Shown in pieces: positions 18,301-25,313 of a stretch of 64,000 nt of DNA. The notes beneath the pieces are model-generated. The model was not told the origin of the DNA and searched no databases. It saw only the letters and a list, made by a program, of their open reading frames with translations. Position 1 is the first letter of the stretch; the number at the start of each line of letters is the position of its first letter. A program made the position numbers and the translations under genes. Source of the DNA: Thermoanaerobaculia bacterium (GTDB lineage: Bacteria > Acidobacteriota > Thermoanaerobaculia > Multivoradales > JAHZIX01); assembly GCA_027069135.1 (NCBI GenBank), contig JALXFE010000182.1:67175-131174 (forward strand), read 5' to 3'.

Positions 18301-18908
18301 ATCTCGCCGGAGACGGCTTGAAACAAATCTTGCGCATAGGTGAGGACCGCCGGCCACTCCTCATCGACGGGCGGCTCTTCCCGAGTCAGGAAGCTATCGA
18401 AGGCCTCGAGCATTCCCAGAGTCCAGGCGTCCCCGGTGACCGGCTCGAGGAATTGTCGAGGAATCCACGGCGGGTGCAGGGGATCACCGTACAGCCGGCC
18501 GCTGCGGTCGAGGAGGGCACAGATCCAAAGAGGGTAGAGGAGGGTTTCCTTGCGATCGGAGATCCAGCCGTGGAAAGCCCGGCGGGAAAGGACCAGCGGA
18601 GCGACCAAGAGGGGAGCCCGGCGCAGGGGCGGTAGCTTTTTCTTCGCCTTTGGAGGTAGCTTTCGGCGTCGATCCTCTTCCGCGATTTCGAAGGATCGGT
18701 CGACGAATTCCAAAGGCACGGTACCGGCCAGGAGGTGGCCCCGGGAGAGCTCGAAGACTTCCAGCGAGCGCAGATTGGGGTTGATCAGGTCCGCGTCGGC
18801 CAGGCAAGCCCGGAAATACTTGAGCAGCTTAGGGGGAGTGATGCGAGCTGTCACCGGCGAAGCCTGGGAGGGCGAGGGGTTGGCGGGCGACGGCATGGGC
18901 AGGATCAT
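15375..18908 (-). CDS. SF1 (DNA2/NAM7-like) helicase fused to a C-terminal PLD-family nuclease domain (YjhR-like)
   Basis: VNGPPGTGKTT, LIVDEAGQ, IGDEHQIEP, EHRRC, GTVHTFQGAE, NVAVSRAK; C-terminal HSKLLAVD...GSFNW. Start placed at ATG 18908 after a GGAGG RBS. Confidence 0.88.
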   Translation of the reverse strand: MILPMPSPANPSPSQASPVTARITPPKLLKYFRACLADADLINPNLRSLEVFELSRGHLLAGTVPLEFVDRSFEIAEEDRRRKLPPKAKKKLPPLRRAPLLVAPLVLSRRAFHGWISDRKETLLYPLWICALLDRSGRLYGDPLHPPWIPRQFLEPVTGDAWTLGMLEAFDSFLTREEPPVDEEWPAVLTYAQDLFQAVSGEMPSEYQLEDFEVLGPRFAVQQIEKGFRKPLIDLADFVLGIDPAPAVLQSLARAPGAKPAAGPDDPGAGGGLSHLGQMTGRFPLGPSQRQSLACALELRDGEILAVNGPPGTGKTTLVQSIVASLWVQRALEGSEPPLIHVCSTNNQAVTNVLDSFDAAAENEKEGLATRWLPEIRSYGLFFPAASQTRNEPEKKYQTAELAGNTLRGSLGEMETSRYVKEAHSHYLDRAQGVLGFSATGLTVDKVVTELRRQLRDSAADLKQRLESTARRAAKDVTKAWDPSSLDRRLGALEGLHQDRSKLRAELLGACRNLPWYLELFDFFPAVRRRRDRWLGWPLIERELPTPELGSSNFETTLLRHVRILLAPEEEEAELLRWIRMQLTTQDPESPLSEALASTASPIRAVPLFLDVGLRHRLFQLAARYWEGRWLQEMEELFSASEHAPMPLDQARLLRFRRLAKLTPALVSTLFRSPRVFDYYDREEGRAFPLIGALDLLIVDEAGQVAPEIGAAVLPLAKRAIVIGDEHQIEPIWGIHRRVDSANLRAAGLDAGSQDLDPFRCSSSSLLRLAQRATRWTASPRRDGLFLREHRRCVPQIISYCNQLVYGGQLEPHREALPSSPLPAFGWAHVRSEAKRVRGSWANAGEAWAIARWLHGRREEIEAFYDGRPLEELVGVVTPFSAQRTELIKALTPKSPGRRKEGKGAGKGGGSGKKDAVPIAEIGTVHTFQGAEREIMIFSPVYCAETAPKKRFFDDGKNMLNVAVSRAKDAFLVFGDMELFDPMSPGPSGVLATHIFEVPENEIGDVAPSPDLWRQAEAGKLPARQLLTLEDHREALREALRESQEQVLIVSPYLTRRAIEADGIDAALRQAHHRGVEVKILYCVDLHRRPEVAAEVAEDLRQCGAEVHPVPRIHSKLLAVDRRWYIDGSFNWLGAVRDTNDPYHRLETSTRLEFIGVDLQIDKAWKEVERRITGGRG

Positions 18909-18942
18909 ATCCTCCGCCCGAGTCAGTAGGGGGAGGCCAAGG

Positions 18943-20472
18943 CTAGCCGAAGTCCCCGTCTTTCCACCGGCCAACGATGTGATCGGCACTGCGGAAGCTG
19001 TTGGCCAGGAGGGTCAGGGTCGGCGCGGCTCCGCCGGAAGTCGGCATGAAGCTGCCGTCGACCACGAAGAGATTCGCTACATCGTGGGCTTGGCAATAAC
19101 CGTTGAGCACCGAGGTGGTCGGGTCGTCACCAGCCCGGCAGGTGCCCTGGACAAGATAGGAGGAGGTACCGCCGATGTCGGTGGCGGCGAGATCCACACC
19201 CCCCAGGTCGTCCAAGAGCTCGAAGGCCCGGTCCAGCAGCCACCGTCCAGCCCGCCGGTGGTGTCCCGGAAGATCGAGGTGAATGCGGGCGACCGGTAAG
19301 CCCCGGGCGTCGCGGGTCTCCGGATCCAAGTCCACGAAGGTACGCGAGTTCGGGAGGAAATCGTGGAAGACCTCGCAGTAGAGGGTCAGAGGGTTCTCCT
19401 TGGGGACGATTCCGAAGCGCAGAACCCCACCCTTGGCCAGGTCGGATACGCCTTCGGGAAGAAAATAATGATCCATGACGGACACGCCCAAGAACGGTGC
19501 CGCCGATTCCGGGGCCCCCGCGAGCCGTCCCTGCCCCATCGAGACACCATGGAATTGCAAATGGCGCCCCACCCGGCCGCCGTTGTTGGCCAGGCCGTTC
19601 GGGAAACGCGGTGATTTGGAAAGGAGGAGAAGGCGGGCGGACTCGATGGCGGAGCAGCTGACACACACGATCTTGGCTCGGACCTCGACTTCCTCGCCGC
19701 TGCTGTTGAAGTACACGCAGCCGGAAGCGCGGCCACGGCGGTCGACGGTCACCTCTTTGACTTGCGAGTGAGGTCGGATCTCGCAGCGGCCGGTGGCTTC
19801 AGCGCGGGCCAGGAGAGCCTCCGGGCTGGTGCCTCGGGCGCCGATCGGGCATCCGAGACCAGCGCATTCCTCGCAATACCGACAGGCCGGGCGGCCCTGG
19901 TACGGATGGGAGTTCACGGCCCGAGGCGTCGCAAAGGGGTGGAGGCTGCGAGCTTGGCAAGTCTCTTTGAGAGCGCTGGCGATGGGATGAGCCTCGAGGG
20001 GGGGCAACGGGTAGGGGCGGGAGCGGCGGCCGGCGAAGGGATCCTCACCGGCCTGACCGGCAACCCCGATCTCCCACTCGGCCCGGCTCAGGTAGGGCTC
20101 CAGTTCCTCGTAGGCGTAGGGCCAATCAGCCAATTCTTCATAGTCTCCGAAACGACTCTGCATTCGGAAATCATCCGGGAGAAAGCGGTAGAAATAGCCT
20201 CCCATATGGACCGTACCGCCCCCGACACACACAGCGCCCCAACCCAGCCGGGTTCGGATCGGGGAGAGGGTCTTAGAGGTGACAACGGTGTGGGGATCGT
20301 CGTCTACCGAAGGAAAGAAGTCTTCGGCCAACAGACCGTCCGAGTGTTCGAAATCCCGCCGGGAATAGCGGGGGCCTCTCTCCAATACCAGGACCTGGGC
20401 TCCGGCTCGCGCCAGGGTCAGGGCCAGAGCACCTCCTCCCGCTCCACTTCCGATGATAACGGCATCATGCAT
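18943..20472 (-). CDS. GMC-family FAD oxidoreductase with a Cys-rich Fe-S-type motif
   Basis: IIGSGAGG, VGGGTVHM, CRYCEECAGLGC, SARLLLLS, NLFVVDGSFMPTSGG. Confidence 0.88.
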   Translation of the reverse strand: MHDAVIIGSGAGGGALALTLARAGAQVLVLERGPRYSRRDFEHSDGLLAEDFFPSVDDDPHTVVTSKTLSPIRTRLGWGAVCVGGGTVHMGGYFYRFLPDDFRMQSRFGDYEELADWPYAYEELEPYLSRAEWEIGVAGQAGEDPFAGRRSRPYPLPPLEAHPIASALKETCQARSLHPFATPRAVNSHPYQGRPACRYCEECAGLGCPIGARGTSPEALLARAEATGRCEIRPHSQVKEVTVDRRGRASGCVYFNSSGEEVEVRAKIVCVSCSAIESARLLLLSKSPRFPNGLANNGGRVGRHLQFHGVSMGQGRLAGAPESAAPFLGVSVMDHYFLPEGVSDLAKGGVLRFGIVPKENPLTLYCEVFHDFLPNSRTFVDLDPETRDARGLPVARIHLDLPGHHRRAGRWLLDRAFELLDDLGGVDLAATDIGGTSSYLVQGTCRAGDDPTTSVLNGYCQAHDVANLFVVDGSFMPTSGGAAPTLTLLANSFRSADHIVGRWKDGDFG

Positions 20473-20503
20473 ATTTATATCTCGCCTAGGTTTTCAAGTC
20501 TAA

Positions 20504-20511
20504 AGTATACT
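20504..20511. promoter_or_regulatory. Palindromic -10 element (AGTATACT), candidate bidirectional promoter
   Basis: Reads TATACT on both strands within the 46-bp divergent gap; 7 nt separate it from ATG 20519. Confidence 0.45.
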
Positions 20512-20518
20512 GTGCGCG

Positions 20519-21541
20519 ATGGAAGCGGACCCGAAAACAATGTCCCCGGATCTCAAGCTCCGGCGACTGGCCAATGCCTATCAACTCTCCCGCGCCGTCC
20601 AGGTGGCCGCCCGCCTGGGCATCGGCCGGTTGTTACGGGATGGACCGATGTCCTGTCCCGACCTGGCCCGGGCGACGGCTACGGACGGTGGAGTGCTGAT
20701 CCGGCTCCTGCGCTTCCTGGCCGAGCTCCAAGTGGTGGAGGAGCTCCCGGGCAACGTCTTTGGTCCCACCCCTGTTTCCAATGTACTGCATCGGGTGGAC
20801 AACATCGGCCAGGGAGAGGAAGCCTGGGCTACCTGGAGCGCCTTGCCGGAGGCCCTCGAGTCAGGCCGTCCGGTCTTCTCCGAGGTCCACGGCCAGTCGT
20901 TCTATGAATATGCCCAGTCCCACCCGCAGCAGGGAGCCAACTGGCGGGAGTCCACCGAGGCCTTTGCCGCTGGCCTCGCCCCGTCCCTGGTCGACGCTCT
21001 GGATCTGTCCGGTGCTGCGTCCGTGGTCGACGTCGGTGGGGGGCAGGGCACTCTCCTGGCCGAGATTCTGCGGCGATATCCGGACTGCCGAGGCATTCTC
21101 TTGGATCTCCCGGAGGTTGTCCGCGGGGCCCCAGCGGTTCTGAAGAAGGCCGGTATTTCCCGGCGCTGCGAGGTCTCGCCGGGAGATGCCCTCGAGGGCG
21201 TACCCGTCGGCGCTGACGTCTATTTATTGAGCCGAGTGCTCTTCAATTGGCAGGACGAGCAGGCCGTCCGCTTGCTCTCTCGTTGCCGCGGCGCTGTTAA
21301 CCCCGGAGGTCGGGTGATGGTGGCCGAAGTGCTGAGCCCTCCGGAGGGGACACCGGAGCGCCGAGCCTTGGCCGGGGCCGACCTGCATCATTTCCTGCTT
21401 TGGGGCAGCAAGTTTCGTACCTTAGCGGAGTACGAGACTCTCTTCGGCCGTGCTGGCCTGGTTCTCGCTGAAGTCCGTGAAGTGGGGGCCGGCGACTGGA
21501 GAATCCTGGAAGGAAGGATCGACCTAGGCTCTCGCCGGTAG
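20519..21541 (+). CDS. Family-2 SAM-dependent methyltransferase with N-terminal dimerisation domain
   Basis: AVQVAARLGI...LARAT dimerisation HTH; VVDVGGGQG; LLDLPEVV; YLLSRVLFNW. Confidence 0.9.
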   Translation: MEADPKTMSPDLKLRRLANAYQLSRAVQVAARLGIGRLLRDGPMSCPDLARATATDGGVLIRLLRFLAELQVVEELPGNVFGPTPVSNVLHRVDNIGQGEEAWATWSALPEALESGRPVFSEVHGQSFYEYAQSHPQQGANWRESTEAFAAGLAPSLVDALDLSGAASVVDVGGGQGTLLAEILRRYPDCRGILLDLPEVVRGAPAVLKKAGISRRCEVSPGDALEGVPVGADVYLLSRVLFNWQDEQAVRLLSRCRGAVNPGGRVMVAEVLSPPEGTPERRALAGADLHHFLLWGSKFRTLAEYETLFGRAGLVLAEVREVGAGDWRILEGRIDLGSRR

Positions 21542-21580
21542 ACGTATTTCCTACAATTTTTTGGAGGTGTTGAGAAGCTC

Positions 21581-24500
21581 ATGACGGACTTTCGGGCGGA
21601 TTCCTGGTATCGAGCCCTCACCTGGAGAGAACGGCGAAGGATCTTGGGCGGTTCGGCTGCTGCTAGAGGGGAGGAGCCCCCGGGGGGAGACCTTCTCGAG
21701 AGATGGCACTCCCAGCCACCCTTCAACCGGGGGGAGTTTTTCGGGGAGAGATGGGTCCAGGAAGGGCTCACGGAGGAGGCTTTCGCCCGCATCCTTAGCG
21801 CTACCCTCGGCGAGCTGCGCAACGGATCTATGGATTCGCTGGCTTGGGTCGAGGAGCTCGAGCGGGCCTTTGAGTCTCCGGACGAACTCCTGCTTTCTGA
21901 TCTGCAGCCGAGCCGCGGGGAGGAGAGCAGCCCGTTCCTCGCCATCGTCCGTCCGTTGCTCGCTTCCGGGTATCGGCGCCTACAACGCAGTTTTGATCGC
22001 AGCCCCGACGAGGTTCCCTGGCAGCCGGAGCGGGTCGGCCGTACCCTTATCTCTCACGTCGCGGGCCGGCTCTCCATGTTTCTGCGCCGGGCTCTGGTCC
22101 TGGAGCTGAATATCGCCGGCCTCGAAGGAGGCCTTGAGGGAGAAAACCCGCAGGAACGTTTCGGAGATTTTGTCCGGCGGCTGGGGGAGGAGGAGTGGGC
22201 TCTCGAAATTCTAGAGAGATATCCCGTCCTGACTCGAAAGGTCATCGAGTGTATCGACCAGGGTGTGTCTTTGGGGGAGGAGTTCTTGGAGCGCTTCGCT
22301 CAAGATTGGCCGAGCCTGGAGCGGAGATTCGGTAAGACCGCTGGACCGTCGTTGGGCTCGAGCTTGGGACAGCTCGTGGAGGCTCGGCCCGGTGCCGGAG
22401 ATTCCCATCGCGATGGCCGTTCGGTGATCCTTCTTAAATTCTCCAGTGGCCGAAGGCTGGTCTACAAACCGCGCTCCCTGGCGGCGGAACGGTGCTTCGC
22501 GGAGCTCTTGGATTGGATCGATGAGAAGGGGGCCGAGCCGGCCTTAAAAACCCTCGGTATTTTGGACCGGGGGGAGTACGGTTGGACCGAATTTGTCGAA
22601 CCCGCCGGCTGCGGGAGCGAATCCGCAGTGCGGAGGTTCTACCGCAGGCAGGGGGGCTATCTGGCGCTCCTCTATCTCCTCGATGCCAACGATATCCACT
22701 TCGAGAATCTCATCGCCGCGGGTGAGCACCCGTTCCTGATCGACCTGGAGACTCTTTTTCACCCCCCCATCGACATCATGGAAGAAAGGTATCCCCTTCT
22801 ACTACCGGGCAACGGTCTCTACCGCAGCGTCCACAATATCGGGCTGCTGCCCCACCGGATCTGGGGCGGTGAGGGGCAAGAGGAAGGGGTGGATCTCAGC
22901 GCCCTGGCGTCGGAGGCTGGGCAGAGGACCGCCCAGCGATTGCTGGATATCGACGGGCCTGGCACCGACGGCATGCGCTTCGTGCGCAGACCCGCCGAGA
23001 TTCCCGAGATGGATCACGCTCCGCGATTGGACGGCCGAACTCTCGTGGCCGCCGACTACGCCGATGCCATCCGATCCGGGTTCGAGGGCATCTATCGGCT
23101 CCTTCTCGCCCATCGTCGGGAGCTCCTGGCCGAGGGCGGACCGCTGGCAGCCTTCGCCGGGGTGGAGGTACGGGTGATCTTCCGGCCGACCTTCTACTAC
23201 ACCAGCGTCCTGGAGGAGAGCTTCCATCCGGATGTTTTGCAGGATGCCCTGGAGCGGGATCTGCTCTTCGAGAGTCTGTGGGTGGAGGTCGAGAGCCGCC
23301 CGCGGTTGGCTGCGCTGATCGCGGAGGAGCAGCGGGATCTGGGCCGGACGGATATCCCGGTCTTCACAACCCGGCCCGACTCCCGGGATCTGTGGACCGG
23401 CTTCGGGAAACGTCTTCCGGACTATTGGCGGGAGACCCCGTTGAGCCGGGCGGAGGCGAAGCTCGAGGCCCTCGATGAAGCGGACCTGGGCCGGCAGACC
23501 TGGTTGATCGAGACGTCCCTCAAGACCGTTCGCCGTCCGGAAGAAACGCCCGAGCGGGAGACATATCCTTTTCAGCAAGCCCCCACGGAGGCCACGGCAG
23601 AAGAGCTCCTGAAAGGTGCCGTGGCCGCGGCGAGACGTTTGGAAGGGCTGGCCTTTCGCGGGCCCCAGGGCGACGCATCCTGGTCGATCGTGGCCCCGGT
23701 GGGCACCGGCCATTGGGTCTACGGCCCCGCGGAACCGGGGCTCTACCAGGGGTTGGCGGGGATCGCCCTTTTTCTCGCCTATCTCGGGGCGACAACGGGG
23801 GAGACGTGGTCCACGGATCTGGCCCGGGCTGCCTGGACCACCCTCCGGCACCAGCTGCGGTCCGGACAGATCGCCTTGCCCGGCGTCGGCGCCTTTACCG
23901 GCTGGGGAGGAATCCTCTACAGCGCGGTCCATCTGGGGGTGCTGTGGGACGACGAAGCACTGATTGAAGAGGCCGAAGAGATGGTGGCGGCTCTGCCCGA
24001 GAGAATCGCCCAGGACTCCTGGCACGATGTGGTCGGAGGAGCTGCTGGCTGCCTGCTGAGCCTGCTGAGCCTGCACCGGGTGCGGCCCTCCGAGGGCACC
24101 CGGCGGGCCGCGATCCTGTGCGGCGAGCGGCTGCTGGCCAACGCCAAGACCCTGGAGGTGGGATGCGGGTGGGTGGTGGAGGCCGCAGGTCCGCAGCCCC
24201 TTTCCGGGCTCTCCCACGGTGCCGCGGGCATCGCCCTGGCACTCTTCGAGCTCTCAGATCTGAGTGGGGAAGAGCGTTTCCGGGATCTGGCGCTGGGAGC
24301 CATCGACTACGAGCGCACCCTTTATTCGCCAGCCGATGAGAATTGGATCGACCTGCGGGAGGGGGAGCGCCCGGAAGGGACCTTTCATGGCTCCGGCCAT
24401 GATTTCGTGGTTGGTTGGTGCCATGGCGCACCGGGTATCGGTCTGGCCCGGTTGGCGGGTCTCCGGCATCTCGACGATGCCGCGGTACGCGAGGAAATCG

Positions 24501-24838
24501 CCATCGCGCTCAAGACCACCCGAGCGCTGGGTTTCGGCGCCAACCATAGCCTGTGTCATGGAGATCTCGGGAATCTGGACCTCCTGCTCATCGCCAGCCA
24601 GGTTCTCAAGGATTCCGATCTTCGGACGGCGACCTACCACCTCGCCGGAGGAACCCTCGCCGGCATAAGTCGGCACGGCTGGCTCTACGGTTATCCATCG
24701 AAAGTCGAGCCTTTGGGTCTGATGGTCGGGCTGGCGGGCATCGGATATCAGCTGCTCCGGCTAGCGGCGCCGTCCCGGGTACCGTCGGTTCTCATCTTGG
24801 AGCCGCCGGTGGGATCCGGAGGGGTTGCCGAGAATTGA
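21581..24838 (+). CDS. lanM: Class II lanthipeptide synthetase LanM
   Basis: Dehydratase motifs GDSHRDGRSV, VYKPRS, DIHFENLIA, IDLETLFH; cyclase motifs GLSHGAAG, WCHGAPG, SLCHGDLG. Confidence 0.96.
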   Translation: MTDFRADSWYRALTWRERRRILGGSAAARGEEPPGGDLLERWHSQPPFNRGEFFGERWVQEGLTEEAFARILSATLGELRNGSMDSLAWVEELERAFESPDELLLSDLQPSRGEESSPFLAIVRPLLASGYRRLQRSFDRSPDEVPWQPERVGRTLISHVAGRLSMFLRRALVLELNIAGLEGGLEGENPQERFGDFVRRLGEEEWALEILERYPVLTRKVIECIDQGVSLGEEFLERFAQDWPSLERRFGKTAGPSLGSSLGQLVEARPGAGDSHRDGRSVILLKFSSGRRLVYKPRSLAAERCFAELLDWIDEKGAEPALKTLGILDRGEYGWTEFVEPAGCGSESAVRRFYRRQGGYLALLYLLDANDIHFENLIAAGEHPFLIDLETLFHPPIDIMEERYPLLLPGNGLYRSVHNIGLLPHRIWGGEGQEEGVDLSALASEAGQRTAQRLLDIDGPGTDGMRFVRRPAEIPEMDHAPRLDGRTLVAADYADAIRSGFEGIYRLLLAHRRELLAEGGPLAAFAGVEVRVIFRPTFYYTSVLEESFHPDVLQDALERDLLFESLWVEVESRPRLAALIAEEQRDLGRTDIPVFTTRPDSRDLWTGFGKRLPDYWRETPLSRAEAKLEALDEADLGRQTWLIETSLKTVRRPEETPERETYPFQQAPTEATAEELLKGAVAAARRLEGLAFRGPQGDASWSIVAPVGTGHWVYGPAEPGLYQGLAGIALFLAYLGATTGETWSTDLARAAWTTLRHQLRSGQIALPGVGAFTGWGGILYSAVHLGVLWDDEALIEEAEEMVAALPERIAQDSWHDVVGGAAGCLLSLLSLHRVRPSEGTRRAAILCGERLLANAKTLEVGCGWVVEAAGPQPLSGLSHGAAGIALALFELSDLSGEERFRDLALGAIDYERTLYSPADENWIDLREGERPEGTFHGSGHDFVVGWCHGAPGIGLARLAGLRHLDDAAVREEIAIALKTTRALGFGANHSLCHGDLGNLDLLLIASQVLKDSDLRTATYHLAGGTLAGISRHGWLYGYPSKVEPLGLMVGLAGIGYQLLRLAAPSRVPSVLILEPPVGSGGVAEN

Positions 24839-24864
24839 CATTGAAAATATCTACGGTATAAAAT
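24835..24864 (+). promoter_or_regulatory. Near-consensus sigma70 promoter for lanA, overlapping the lanM stop
   Basis: TTGACA 24835-40, followed by TATAAA at 16 nt spacing or TAAAAT at 18 nt spacing; locally AT-rich. Confidence 0.65.
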
Positions 24865-25010
24865 TAGCTTATTGTGATCTGTCGACTAATCTGACGCCTG
24901 AATGGTCGCCTGGGCGGGCGATAGGCGGACGATTGGACGACGTGAAGTTTCTGTCGGGAGGAATCCCTCCTTCTGGCGAGAACCTTCGCACTATCTAGAA
25001 GGAGGCTTGG

Positions 25011-25235
25011 ATGAAGAAACAGGAAATCGCTCGTGCGTGGAGAGATCCCAAGTACCGCCGGAGCCTGAGCACCGAGCAGAAGGCTCAGCTACCGACCCAT
25101 CCGGCAGAGTGGATGGTGGGGGTCGAGGACGACGTCCTCGCGAGCGTCACCGGTGGCTGTTGCTACCCGGGGAACAATACCGTCACGTTGTGTACCGGCA
25201 TCTGTTCCCCTTGCCCGCCGGTGCATTGCTACTAG
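25011..25235 (+). CDS. lanA: Lanthipeptide precursor LanA (mersacidin/lichenicidin-type leader, GG cleavage; core CCYPGNNTVTLCTGICSPCPPVHCY)
   Basis: AGGAGG RBS; leader IARAWRDPKYRRSLS.EQ.AQLP.HPA ending LASVTGG; Cys/Thr/Ser-rich 25-aa core starting at 25158. Confidence 0.95.
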   Translation: MKKQEIARAWRDPKYRRSLSTEQKAQLPTHPAEWMVGVEDDVLASVTGGCCYPGNNTVTLCTGICSPCPPVHCY

Positions 25236-25255
25236 GCTCTTGAGGCTTTAGCTTT

Positions 25256-25290
25256 CGGCGGGTAAGACCACTGACGGGCCTTACCCGCCG
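25256..25290. terminator. Strong hairpin between convergent lanA and lanT
   Basis: 11-bp stem CGGCGGGTAAG / CTTACCCGCCG; only a short T run nearby. Confidence 0.6.
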
Positions 25291-25313
25291 GAGTCGGAGC
25301 CACGCCAGGGCCC

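Noticed and set aside
24902-25243. 113-aa ORF overlapping lanA as a second precursor
   Set aside because: A different frame over the real precursor, with no leader or core features. I saw no second LanA or LanM, so a two-component lantibiotic is unsupported.
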